IMG/VR virus record: IMGVR_UViG_2645727905_000004
Coordinates: 1-18,612 of that record
Origin: a virus
Taxonomy: Duplodnaviria; Heunggongvirae; Uroviricota; Caudoviricetes
DNA: 18,612 nt
Reading direction: 5' to 3' (one strand)
The position numbers were made by a program, and so were the translations under genes. This document shows, piece after piece, positions 1-7,544 of this stretch (the first letter of the stretch is position 1; the number at the start of each line of letters is the position of its first letter). A model generated the notes under the pieces. That model had not been told where the DNA came from and made no database searches. It saw nothing but the letters and a program-made list of their open reading frames with translations.

Positions 1-98
1 CAGTAGCGGAGCAGGAAGGACATCTGATGGAAATGGAAGCCACGCAAGCACCTTAAAATCACCATCATACACTAAATCAGTAAGTTGGCAGCATTACC
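1..98 (-). mobile_element. IS1-family insertion sequence, terminal segment with left inverted repeat; element continues leftward off-window
   Basis: Reverse complement of 1-98 reads GGTAATGCTGCCAACTTACTGATTTAGTGTATGATGG..., recognisable as an IS1-type left end (a variant of the canonical sequence as recalled); terminus at 98. Confidence 0.65.
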
Positions 99-743
99 CA
101 CACAGGTATCATGCTCAATAACAAAGTGCTACCTGTAACCATTTACAACATAGTACCATTCAATAAAACATTCTGGAATTTAATCAAAAACAGCCAGGAA
201 TGCCCTACAAATACAGATAACGTATTGAATGAATGCTTTAATAACCGTTGCACTCTGCAAATATGTCCTTATGGGCTAAAACAACAAAATCCATAAGGAG
301 TTTACTCACATCTGACAAAATCAATATAAACAGCCCCTCCGGAGAGGGGCTGGAGAGTGGCGCTATGTGCCATTGCATGGTGCCGGGTGCCTCCCGGTGA
401 ATTCAGTACCAGCACCTGAATCCGCGATTATCCCATATACCTACTCGCTGATTGCCCCTCCGCACAGGGGGATTCACCATGCCAGTTTCTTTTAACAAAC
501 TCCCCGCAAACCAGACAACAGTCAACCGCCTGAATTGTGAAGTATTTAAAAATTTCTCCCGCTAACTGATACCCGGCTAACAGTCTGGCGTTTTCTTTTT
601 CAGCAACGGGAAAGCAACAACCACCACACCCGCCACCAGCACACCGTCAGCCAGCACTGACATTATCCGGCTGCTGCAATGCCATTCACAAAAACAGTAA
701 GCAATCACTTTTTACCGTAACAGGTGATAATCCAGATATGTAT

Positions 744-1097
744 CTACCCCAGATGAGTAATCCGAAGTTCATCCATACCACAGGTCCTGGCTATTCTGTT
801 GTACTCCTGAACAAGAGCAAATAATTCTGAATTAGCAACCATGAACTCATCGCAAACCCTCTGTATAGCATCACTATTCAGAATAATAACGTCTCTTCCC
901 GAAAGACGATCAGGAGTACAGAACAAAACTGTCAAACGGCTGAAGGCCTTTGCTCGTGCTGCATTGACTATATCAATACGCTGCCTAAGGATGAAACACC
1001 CCGACGCCTCATCAATATTCACTCTACCCACACCATATGAATGATAAATATTTAATGCTGAAAAAACCATTAGACCGTATAACAAATATTCAATCAA
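744..1097 (-). CDS. hypothetical protein, first ORF downstream of the phage tRNAs; start uncertain (TTG at 1097 or ATG at 1070), possibly a frameshifted fragment
   Basis: 117-codon ORF in the late-operon orientation; no strong SD at either candidate start; the adjacent frame continues into a short hydrophobic tail (577-663). Confidence 0.3.
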   Translation of the reverse strand: MIEYLLYGLMVFSALNIYHSYGVGRVNIDEASGCFILRQRIDIVNAARAKAFSRLTVLFCTPDRLSGRDVIILNSDAIQRVCDEFMVANSELFALVQEYNRIARTCGMDELRITHLG

Positions 1098-1207
1098 TAC
1101 TTAACAGAACTTTTATTTTTGACAAACATATAATATTTTCAACAATATCCTGAGCCAGGTATATTTCAGTATAAGGCTCTGCCGGAAGGAATCTGGAAGA
1201 ATGAATA

Positions 1208-1284
1208 TGGCGCGCTGTACTGGATTCGAACCAGTGACCGATTGCTTAGAAGGCAATTGCTCTGTCCGGCTGAGCTAACAACGC
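1208..1284 (-). tRNA. tRNA-Arg (anticodon UCU), phage-encoded
   Basis: Reverse complement GCGTTGTTAGCTCAGCCGGACAGAGCAATTGCCTTCTAAGCAATCGGTCACTGGTTCGAATCCAGTACAGCGCGCCA folds as a cloverleaf with anticodon loop CTTCTAA, T-arm GGTTCGAATCC and CCA end. Confidence 0.85.
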
Positions 1285-1385
1285 TGAATACCGATAATGG
1301 ACCGCCATCGGGGACCCGCCCCCCGCACCAACAACCCTGTTATCGTGTCGTCTGCTCTTCCTGATAAGCTAATGGCGGTTTGTGA

Positions 1386-1461
1386 TGGTGGCCCTTGCTG
1401 GATTTGAACCAGCGACCTGGCGATTATGAGTCGCTCGCTCTCACCACTGAGCTAAAGGGCC
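1386..1461 (-). tRNA. tRNA with CAU anticodon, ileX/ileZ-like (tRNA-Ile2 with lysidine; Met not excluded by anticodon alone)
   Basis: Reverse complement GGCCCTTTAGCTCAGTGGTGAGAGCGAGCGACTCATAATCGCCAGGTCGCTGGTTCAAATCCAGCAAGGGCCACCA; 76 nt cloverleaf, anticodon loop CTCATAA, closely resembles E. coli ileX as recalled; one A-C mismatch at the top of the anticodon stem. Confidence 0.8.
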
Positions 1462-1500
1462 GGGAGCAGAATAATAACGGTCCGTAATTAATTTCGCAAT

Positions 1501-1528
1501 AAAAAACCCGCTCAGCGGCGGGTTGTAG
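1501..1528 (-). terminator. rho-independent terminator downstream of the Q-dependent late promoter (tR-prime-like)
   Basis: Minus strand reads ACAACCCGCCGCTGAGCGGGTTTTTT: GC-rich hairpin followed by a T6 run. Confidence 0.6.
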
Positions 1529-1571
1529 AAACTCTTCTAACGTCAGGCATAAAACGCCCATCGTTATGACG

Positions 1572-1599
1572 AATTTACCACAGATTCCGGAAAAATCAA
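1572..1599 (-). promoter_or_regulatory. candidate late promoter (PR-prime-like) with probable Q-utilisation site immediately downstream of the Q gene
   Basis: Minus strand TTGATT-16 nt-TAAATT directly after the Q stop codon, followed about 40-60 nt later by the hairpin terminator at 1501-1528; arrangement parallels lambda PR-prime/qut/tR-prime. Confidence 0.45.
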
Positions 1600-1604
1600 C
1601 CTTG

Positions 1605-2426
1605 TTACCTAGTTACCTTTTTTAACTGCCGCTCAGCCCATGCTTCTTCAATATCAAACCGGGTCACCAGCGCATCATAAAATTTCTTAACTGTTTTTTC
1701 CCATGACGCGCGTGTTATCTGGTTTGTCACCTCGCATATAGCATTAAATGCCTCCGTTGATGGTAGTCTTTCATAGCCACGACCACCACAACGCTGGCAG
1801 TCTCTGATAACAGGCATACCACGTTTTACCGACTCTTCACGATGAATGGCGACACCACGCCCACGGCAATCCTTACAGGCGGTGGAAACCTCACCCTTTC
1901 CGCCACACTCCGGACAGGCAACTTTTACCACCTCCCTGACTTTTTTCCATTCTTCCCAGTAAGACGGATACACACCTTTCGTACACTTTGCCCATACCGG
2001 CGGCTTACCATCCGGATACTGGACCTTGTTTGTAAAAACTATGCTTTCAATAAATTTTTCCCCATAGCAACAAGGGCACTGCTTTTTACTCGCTGCGCTG
2101 CGGGCATAATCCTCAAAAGCGTACGAAGCCATAATGCGCATCACTACCGGTTTTATTTCTGCCGGAAGTTTTCTCAACGCCGCCACACGATCGCACCGAC
2201 TGAGTGCATAATCTGCCAGTAATTCTGTTGCCCGCGCCCTGTCATTCATACTGATGCCCATTTTCCCCAGGAACGCAGAAAAACCCATCTCAGCCCGATT
2301 CTGTGTCATGCCCTGCGCGGCCATCACATCAGTGATACTCAGCGCATCTTTTGACGTTGAGGCCGATGCATCGGTCAGGCCAGGGGATTTTGGGGAGTAG
2401 TATTTCGGTAAATCTTCCAGTTTCAT
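1605..2426 (-). CDS. late-gene antitermination protein Q (lambdoid Q family, zinc-finger type)
   Basis: 273 aa; several CxxC pairs (CPCC, CPECGGKG, CKDCRGRG, CQRCGGRG); sits between rusA and the late promoter/tRNAs as in Qin and Stx-type prophages. Confidence 0.75.
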   Translation of the reverse strand: MKLEDLPKYYSPKSPGLTDASASTSKDALSITDVMAAQGMTQNRAEMGFSAFLGKMGISMNDRARATELLADYALSRCDRVAALRKLPAEIKPVVMRIMASYAFEDYARSAASKKQCPCCYGEKFIESIVFTNKVQYPDGKPPVWAKCTKGVYPSYWEEWKKVREVVKVACPECGGKGEVSTACKDCRGRGVAIHREESVKRGMPVIRDCQRCGGRGYERLPSTEAFNAICEVTNQITRASWEKTVKKFYDALVTRFDIEEAWAERQLKKVTR

Positions 2427-2440
2427 TTTTTGACCTGCTC

Positions 2441-2797
2441 TTAATGCATTATGGGGTAAATCTTCACCCCCAGACGTCCACCAGATACTGGCTGACCACG
2501 AACGATATTGATTTCATCAAACTGCTCATCGTCCATTAACACTCCCGCATGCGTCAGCGCATCCAGCGGTGCTTTCAGAATGTTGTCCAGGTCGCGACGA
2601 CGCTTATCCGGTGGCTCTGCAATCACCTTTATCGCCAGCCTTCCGGACAGGCTTAATTTCAGCCGCTGCTGGCGAACAATAAACGCCACAGCCCGGCGAT
2701 AACGCTTTCCCTCCTCCGAGATAAAATATGTGCTGCCACGGCGTCGCCAGTAAGTGTTCACCGTCGGCGGGTAAGGTAAAACCAAATCTATGAGCAT
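2441..2797 (-). CDS. rusA: crossover junction endodeoxyribonuclease RusA (Holliday junction resolvase)
   Basis: 118 aa; motifs YRRRG...PPDKRRRDLDNILKAPLDALTHAGV...GGRL match the RusA family; located in the nin region upstream of Q. Confidence 0.85.
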   Translation of the reverse strand: MLIDLVLPYPPTVNTYWRRRGSTYFISEEGKRYRRAVAFIVRQQRLKLSLSGRLAIKVIAEPPDKRRRDLDNILKAPLDALTHAGVLMDDEQFDEINIVRGQPVSGGRLGVKIYPIMH

Positions 2798-2809
2798 CAG
2801 TCACCTCTT

Positions 2810-3859
2810 TTACCCAAGCACGCCAGTTGCAAAGGCGTGATCAAGAAAACGAAAAATTAAATCAACCTGAGAACCATGCTTTTCTTCGAACGCCAGCGGA
2901 TCCGCATGAAGCTCGTTGTGATGCTCCCGACACAGCGGTAGCGTGAAAATATCGTGAGATTTTGTCCCCATTCCGCCCTGACCATGACCAATCAGGTGAT
3001 GGGGATCGTCGGCTGGCTTACCACAACACGCACACGGCTGTGTCTTCACCCAGCGTGTGTATTTCTCGTTAACCCAGCGGCGACGTTTAGGTCGTTTCAT
3101 GAAAGATTCCGGAGGCTCAGGATCAACGGCAATGCTGACCACCGTCTTTTCCTGTGGTGGGTTCTGTTGCTGGTGGGCGTGAGGCAGCGGCGCAAGATTT
3201 TTTGTGCGCTGTTTCAGTATGCTGATGGCGGTCTGCTCTCCCGGTACGATGTCGCTTTCGCGGTACAAGGGGCGGATTTTTTCCGCACGTAACCCCAGAG
3301 AACGACGTAATACTGCCTCCGGAAGCGCGTCCGCCACCTGATTGCAGACCGCCCACCAGGATAATTCAGCCAGAGATAATTCACGCTCCTGCGTACCGCT
3401 TATTGCGTGACCGATGACGTCAATCATCCATGCTGACAGGTTTTGATGAGCAAGTTGCTCGAGTGATTCGGATGTCTGGTCACGCAGCTGGTTGTCGCAG
3501 TGCCAGCACAACACCATTGCGCCGGTACCATAACGGTGAATGACGGTTTCGCTGTGATGATAATCGCCGTGTGGCCACTGGCAGGATTTAATATGGCGCA
3601 ACAGCCAGTCAGACAATGCACCAGCACCACCAGCAGCACGAATCACCCGTGCGTTACTGAAAAACGGCAGCAATGTTTTGTCTTCCACTAGCGGCTGGTG
3701 AACGGCAGGAACAACCCCGGACGGCAGATTACGCATGCTTTTCGGTTCCGGCTCCACCAGTACCCGGGTATTGTGGAATACCGGCATGGATTCACGGCCC
3801 GGCTTAACGATCACCAGCCCGAGTTCCGGTACCAGAACAGGTCGAAGTAATACCCGCAC
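2810..3859 (-). CDS. ydfU: YdfU-like prophage protein (DUF968) with C-terminal HNH-like zinc-finger motif
   Basis: 349 aa; C-terminus CACCGKPADDPHHLIGHGQGGMGTKSHDIFTLPLCREHHNELHADP; GTG start with GGAGG SD; synteny with the Qin quuQ-ydfU-rem-hokD block. Confidence 0.7.
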   Translation of the reverse strand: MRVLLRPVLVPELGLVIVKPGRESMPVFHNTRVLVEPEPKSMRNLPSGVVPAVHQPLVEDKTLLPFFSNARVIRAAGGAGALSDWLLRHIKSCQWPHGDYHHSETVIHRYGTGAMVLCWHCDNQLRDQTSESLEQLAHQNLSAWMIDVIGHAISGTQERELSLAELSWWAVCNQVADALPEAVLRRSLGLRAEKIRPLYRESDIVPGEQTAISILKQRTKNLAPLPHAHQQQNPPQEKTVVSIAVDPEPPESFMKRPKRRRWVNEKYTRWVKTQPCACCGKPADDPHHLIGHGQGGMGTKSHDIFTLPLCREHHNELHADPLAFEEKHGSQVDLIFRFLDHAFATGVLG

Positions 3860-3860
3860 G

Positions 3861-4139
3861 TTACCTCCAGATGCGTTGCTGGAATGTGCGGGACGGACGC
3901 GGTGGGCGCTCGGAGTAAGGAAGCCTGACGGAGATTATCCAGTGACGATAATCGAGGCTGAGGGCTTTCTTAATCTCGTATCCGTGTCTGCGGTAGCACT
4001 GAATTAGCCACTCGGCCTGTTCTTCAGTGCATGGGGGATGCTGGAACCAGTCAGATTTGAAAGTGCGGGAACGCCGCCCGTGCCTGCTGGCAAAGACGGC
4101 AGAATCATCAGAATTGTGTAATTTGGTATCGTGCGCCAT
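3861..4139 (-). CDS. small nin-region protein (position equivalent to Qin rem); function unknown
   Basis: 92 codons from the ATG at 4139; the longer ORF-track start at 4268 would run through the hok terminator hairpin, so the internal ATG is preferred; stop overlaps the ydfU-like start region. Confidence 0.45.
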   Translation of the reverse strand: MAHDTKLHNSDDSAVFASRHGRRSRTFKSDWFQHPPCTEEQAEWLIQCYRRHGYEIKKALSLDYRHWIISVRLPYSERPPRPSRTFQQRIWR

Positions 4140-4209
4140 CGGTTGTCTCTGCTGGCGCAGCAGGTGCCAGTTGTTCAGGCTGGCGTGCGAATTGTAAACC
4201 AGAACGACC

Positions 4210-4238
4210 AGAAAAAACAAAACCCGCCGAAGCGGGTT
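4210..4238 (-). terminator. rho-independent terminator at the 3' end of the hok transcript
   Basis: Minus strand AACCCGCTTCGGCGGGTT hairpin followed by TTGTTTTTT, about 70 nt downstream of the hok stop. Confidence 0.65.
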
Positions 4239-4306
4239 AAGTGCGGGTGCGTTGAGGATGCCTGACACATCAGCGGTGGCGAGGGATTTCTCCCCCGCCG
4301 GGTCTC

Positions 4307-4462
4307 TTACTCCTCAGGTTCGTAAGCTGTGAAGACAGCGACCTCCGTCTGGCCGGTTCGGATTCGTACCTCGCAGAGGTCTTTCCTCGTTACCAGTGCC
4401 GTCACTATGACGGTTAAACAGATGACGATCAGGGCGATTAACATCGCCTTTTGCTGCTTCAT
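4307..4462 (-). CDS. hokD: Hok-family type I toxin (HokD/RelF-type small membrane peptide)
   Basis: 51 aa MKQQKAMLIALIVICLTVIVTALVTRKDLCEVRIRTGQTEVAVFTAYEPEE, matching HokD as recalled; SD AAGGAG upstream; an in-frame upstream ATG at 4519 gives the 70-aa ORF in the track. Confidence 0.85.
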   Translation of the reverse strand: MKQQKAMLIALIVICLTVIVTALVTRKDLCEVRIRTGQTEVAVFTAYEPEE

Positions 4463-4753
4463 AGCCTGCTTCTCCTTGCCTTTCGGCACGTAAGAGGCTA
4501 ACCTACATTTGTGAGACATAGATTGGGCCTCAGATTAATGTTAAGCGTCGTGCAGGACGCGTAATGTTAACTGGGGCTTTTCTCTATCTGCCTTTTGGTG
4601 TTCATGCCTGAGACAGATAGCCTCAAGCACCCGCAGTCATTCTACTTAACTAAGATTTCCCCGCAAACCGTTTTTATCCCCAGCTGCAAATCGAATACAC
4701 AACAAGTGCTGCCGCCATTGCAATTCCTGTCGTTGTGAATGCCTCCGGCCAGG

Positions 4754-5176
4754 TCATCGTAAAACATCCTCCGCGCTTATCAGCCCATTCCGCTCCAGAT
4801 ACCCCATCGCCATATCCGGTAATTTGCAATCTGGTTTCGCTTTTTTCAACTGACTTACCAATTGTTTAACCAGCATTGCCAACTCTTCCTCATGTGAAAG
4901 TGATGCCGGTTGCGCAGCGTACAGGGGTTTTGGCGCAATGGCTGAGTGTTTTGCGTATGCCGCAACAGATTCAGCATTGAACAAAACCATATTGTGAGCA
5001 CAGGACCATGCAACTGGCATTGCTTCAAGTGAGGCAAGCGCAATACGGGCAAGCGCAAGATCCATTTCAATGGCAACTCTTGAAGTCTTAAACACGGTCT
5101 GTCGCGCAGCAAATTTCATGGATTTCACACTTTCATTAGCATGAGCAATCAATTGCTCTCTGGTAAATTTCGTCAT
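4754..5176 (-). CDS. hypothetical protein (141 aa from ATG at 5176), no recognised family
   Basis: ORF in early-right orientation; the internal ATG is preferred over the track start at 5227 because the latter has no SD; moderately biased composition. Confidence 0.45.
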   Translation of the reverse strand: MTKFTREQLIAHANESVKSMKFAARQTVFKTSRVAIEMDLALARIALASLEAMPVAWSCAHNMVLFNAESVAAYAKHSAIAPKPLYAAQPASLSHEEELAMLVKQLVSQLKKAKPDCKLPDMAMGYLERNGLISAEDVLR

Positions 5177-5209
5177 ATTTTTCTCATCCAGTCCTGTCGC
5201 TATGCCTGC

Positions 5210-5252
5210 GCAACCATTACCCCACAATTACATCACAGGGGGTAATGGTTGC
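5210..5252. repeat. perfect 14-bp inverted repeat (GCAACCATTACCCC / GGGGTAATGGTTGC) with 15-nt AT-rich loop in an intergenic gap
   Basis: Read directly: arms at 5210-5223 and 5239-5252; no flanking T-run on either strand, so not a classical intrinsic terminator. Confidence 0.8.
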
Positions 5253-5347
5253 AATTCAGTGGCCACCGCGAGATTCACATCATTCACAATAAATCATAAA
5301 AATACACGCAATCACAGACCATAATAAAAGAACTGTTTCGGCCACAA

Positions 5348-5698
5348 TCACAAGACCTTCCCACATTTCTTTTTCCCACACCTCCTGAAACCAGAGAATC
5401 GGCATATCGCCCCCCTCTGAAAAACAACCACATGCCCTAGCTTCTCCGCCAGAGCCAGTTCCGCTTTAGCGCCTGCTGACCGTTGCCAGTCTTTCAGCAT
5501 ATAAATCGCATCCACGCTACGTATCATTGCCATGCAGATATCCATGTAGTGCGGCTGTGTCAGCCCGTCCGGAAGTACTGCCGGGTTCAAGACTGTATGC
5601 CCTTCCCGTTTCAGTTCCTCTTCCGCCTTGTGGAACGCCTCACGGTTGAAATTTTTATACCCGGTCATTGGACCGGCAATATAAACTCTCACCCTCAC
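5348..5698 (-). CDS. DUF4406-like protein (nucleoside 2-deoxyribosyltransferase-like fold), prophage accessory
   Basis: 116 aa; N-terminal VYIAGPMTG motif typical of this family; GTG start overlapping the upstream stop (GTGA) with GGAG SD. Confidence 0.55.
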   Translation of the reverse strand: MRVRVYIAGPMTGYKNFNREAFHKAEEELKREGHTVLNPAVLPDGLTQPHYMDICMAMIRSVDAIYMLKDWQRSAGAKAELALAEKLGHVVVFQRGAICRFSGFRRCGKKKCGKVL

Positions 5699-5976
5699 TC
5701 CTGAACTCTCCTGTCGAAATAAACGTAGTTATTCACTGTGCGCAACGGCATTCCAAATTTTCTGGCGATTTCTCTCCTGGGTACGCCACGCTGATGCAGC
5801 TGTCGCGCCAGTTCAATATCACTCTGTGGATATTTTGTTGACTGGTGATAATCACCCCGTAACATCAGACTGACACCCAGTTCCCGCGCTTTCGTTCTGA
5901 CAGCATCACCTGTACGACCGGTCAGCCTCCCAATGCTTTCGACCGTCATCGTTCCCGCACACTGACGGAGTATCAT
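5695..5976 (-). CDS. small helix-turn-helix DNA-binding protein, unknown role
   Basis: 93 aa from the ATG at 5976 (GAGG SD 8 nt upstream); two HTH-like segments (ESIGRLTGRTGDAVRTKAREL and RREIARKFGMPLRTVNNYV); stop overlaps the next start. Confidence 0.5.
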   Translation of the reverse strand: MILRQCAGTMTVESIGRLTGRTGDAVRTKARELGVSLMLRGDYHQSTKYPQSDIELARQLHQRGVPRREIARKFGMPLRTVNNYVYFDRRVQE

Positions 5977-6008
5977 GATTTCAGCCTCGTACCACTTCTT
6001 CCAGCCAC

Positions 6009-6770
6009 TCACCGCTGCAGCTCTCCGGTCGCGGTAATATCCCGAAGAATATCCCGGTGCTTGTTCAGCTCCCGCAGCGCGGCGCAGACTCGTTCCCACT
6101 TCTGGACATGACTTTTCGCCCGACGCAGTTCGAGGTTTGCCATATGCAGCGATGGTAAAATCAGGTCATCCGCTCGCGTTTCAGTAAACGATGGCAGCGA
6201 CTGCACAATGCCCGCTACAGTTTCTGTTTTAATTTCTTCCTGTGTTGCGGCTTCCCGGACTGGTAACGCAACACCTGCTGGCTGAGGAAAGGTCTTACCA
6301 TCATTTTCCGTTACCGATGCTGCTTTCGGCTCTGCTGGTAAATTACCGCCCGGCATGCAGTAACGAAATTTACCGCTCTGATTAACGCGTGCCAGCCGCC
6401 CCGTTGCGGTTACCACCGCCAGCGTGGAAGCAACCTTGCGAGTACTGATGCCGAACTTACCCGCCAGTTCCTCACACGTTTTAGCCCCATCCTGACCGAT
6501 AAACTCAATCATCATGTCTGCGGTAACTTTTTGTTCGACCTCCCCGGTCAGCATATCCTGTGCTTCAGATTTTACTGGCCGCTCTTCGGTTACCAGGGAT
6601 TCACTTTCGCCAGCCAGAAACCAGGTGTGACCAGTTTTATCAACGACGCCATTTCTTTTGAGTTCCCACAGCTCGTTGAGAACCTCTTCACGACTGATAT
6701 CAAGTCGCGCGGCCAGTTCTACCGATGTGGCTTTTCCCATTGCTTTCAGTGCGTCAAAAACGGTTTCCAT
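6009..6770 (-). CDS. prophage protein with two winged-helix-like repeats (DUF1627-like)
   Basis: 253 aa; internal repeat [29 protein letters not shown] and [29 protein letters not shown]; GGAGG SD 9 nt upstream of the ATG. Confidence 0.55.
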   Translation of the reverse strand: METVFDALKAMGKATSVELAARLDISREEVLNELWELKRNGVVDKTGHTWFLAGESESLVTEERPVKSEAQDMLTGEVEQKVTADMMIEFIGQDGAKTCEELAGKFGISTRKVASTLAVVTATGRLARVNQSGKFRYCMPGGNLPAEPKAASVTENDGKTFPQPAGVALPVREAATQEEIKTETVAGIVQSLPSFTETRADDLILPSLHMANLELRRAKSHVQKWERVCAALRELNKHRDILRDITATGELQR

Positions 6771-6791
6771 TAAAATTTCCTCCGGACAAAA

Positions 6792-7538
6792 TTACTTCAC
6801 AACCCTCAGGTGTCTGACATTCGAACGCCAGCTCTCCCAGTTAAAATTCACCCAGCGACCACCGTTCATGACCATGCGGTCCATCACACGCTCGCCAAGA
6901 AGCGTACTCATCGCTACGTGGTTCAGGTTCGTCAGCATTCCGACACTACGCATCGAAGCCGTTCTGCGGTCGACTATCTGGTTCAGTGTGACCTGCTCGT
7001 TGCGCGTATCCCGCTGCATTCCGATTTCATCCAGGACAAGCAGGTCAACATCACACAACCCCTGTAAAAATTTTTCGCCTGAGTTTTTGTTGTCGTAGCT
7101 GTTGTGTAACGCCAGCATCACATCAGCCACCGTTATCACAATCACGCTGCGACCTTTCGCCAGAAGATGATTGCCAATGGCGGCTGCAAGGTGGTTCTTT
7201 CCGGTACCCGGCTTACCGCTGAACACAAAATTCGTGCACCCGGTCATCAGTTCGTCAGCGATGGATTTTGCCTGGCTCAGCGCGTGTTTTTGCCCGTCGT
7301 TCTGCACCTGATAATTCGCAAACGAGCATTTGCTGTGCAGAGGCTGGATGCCCGAACGATTCAGGATTTTTTCCACCCGCAACTGGCGATTCTGGCGGTT
7401 GATCTCCTCGCTACGTTTTCGCCCTTCTGCCAGTTGCCACTCGCGCCACTCGTCCACTGTCCGGTACGGCGCGATTACATGCTGCGGGGTCAGCTTACGG
7501 ATACGCTCAAGAACACCACCTGTCGCGATATTTTTCAT
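6792..7538 (-). CDS. DnaC-like replicative helicase loader (phage P-analogue, AAA+ ATPase)
   Basis: 248 aa; Walker A GKPGTGKNHLAAAIG and Walker B LLVLDEIG; immediately downstream of the O-like initiator. Confidence 0.85.
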   Translation of the reverse strand: MKNIATGGVLERIRKLTPQHVIAPYRTVDEWREWQLAEGRKRSEEINRQNRQLRVEKILNRSGIQPLHSKCSFANYQVQNDGQKHALSQAKSIADELMTGCTNFVFSGKPGTGKNHLAAAIGNHLLAKGRSVIVITVADVMLALHNSYDNKNSGEKFLQGLCDVDLLVLDEIGMQRDTRNEQVTLNQIVDRRTASMRSVGMLTNLNHVAMSTLLGERVMDRMVMNGGRWVNFNWESWRSNVRHLRVVK

Positions 7539-7544
7539 GGCCCG

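Noticed and set aside
111-296. 61-aa plus-strand ORF in the AT-rich region near the left IS1 end
   Set aside because: Very AT-rich, no SD, no recognisable features; lies in likely non-coding remnant DNA. Not called.
841-1044. 67-aa plus-strand ORF antisense to the 117-aa ORF
   Set aside because: Fully embedded antisense to a longer ORF in the operon orientation; no SD.
1098-1207. AT-rich 110-bp gap between tRNA-Arg and the 117-aa ORF as a possible att site or integrated element boundary
   Set aside because: No direct repeats matching either tRNA 3' end were found by eye; more simply an AT-rich spacer or promoter region.
2604-2804. 66-aa ORF overlapping rusA in another frame (also 2508-2702 plus strand)
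   Set aside because: Embedded in the well-supported RusA coding sequence; a frame artefact.
2954-3691. Several 60-112-aa ORFs on both strands inside the ydfU-like gene
   Set aside because: All lie within the 349-aa DUF968 gene; Arg/Cys/Thr-rich translations typical of off-frame reads of GC-rich coding DNA.
3861-4268. Longer 135-aa version of the rem-position ORF
   Set aside because: Its first 43 codons would read through the hok 3' terminator hairpin (4210-4238); the internal ATG at 4139 is preferred.
4855-5112. 85-aa ORF overlapping the 141-aa gene in another frame
   Set aside because: Embedded alternative frame; Leu/Arg-rich, no SD.
6531-7098. Plus-strand ORFs (80, 146, 85 aa) antisense to the DUF1627-like and DnaC-like genes
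   Set aside because: Antisense to well-supported genes with Walker motifs or SD-supported starts; Ser/Arg-rich artefactual translations.
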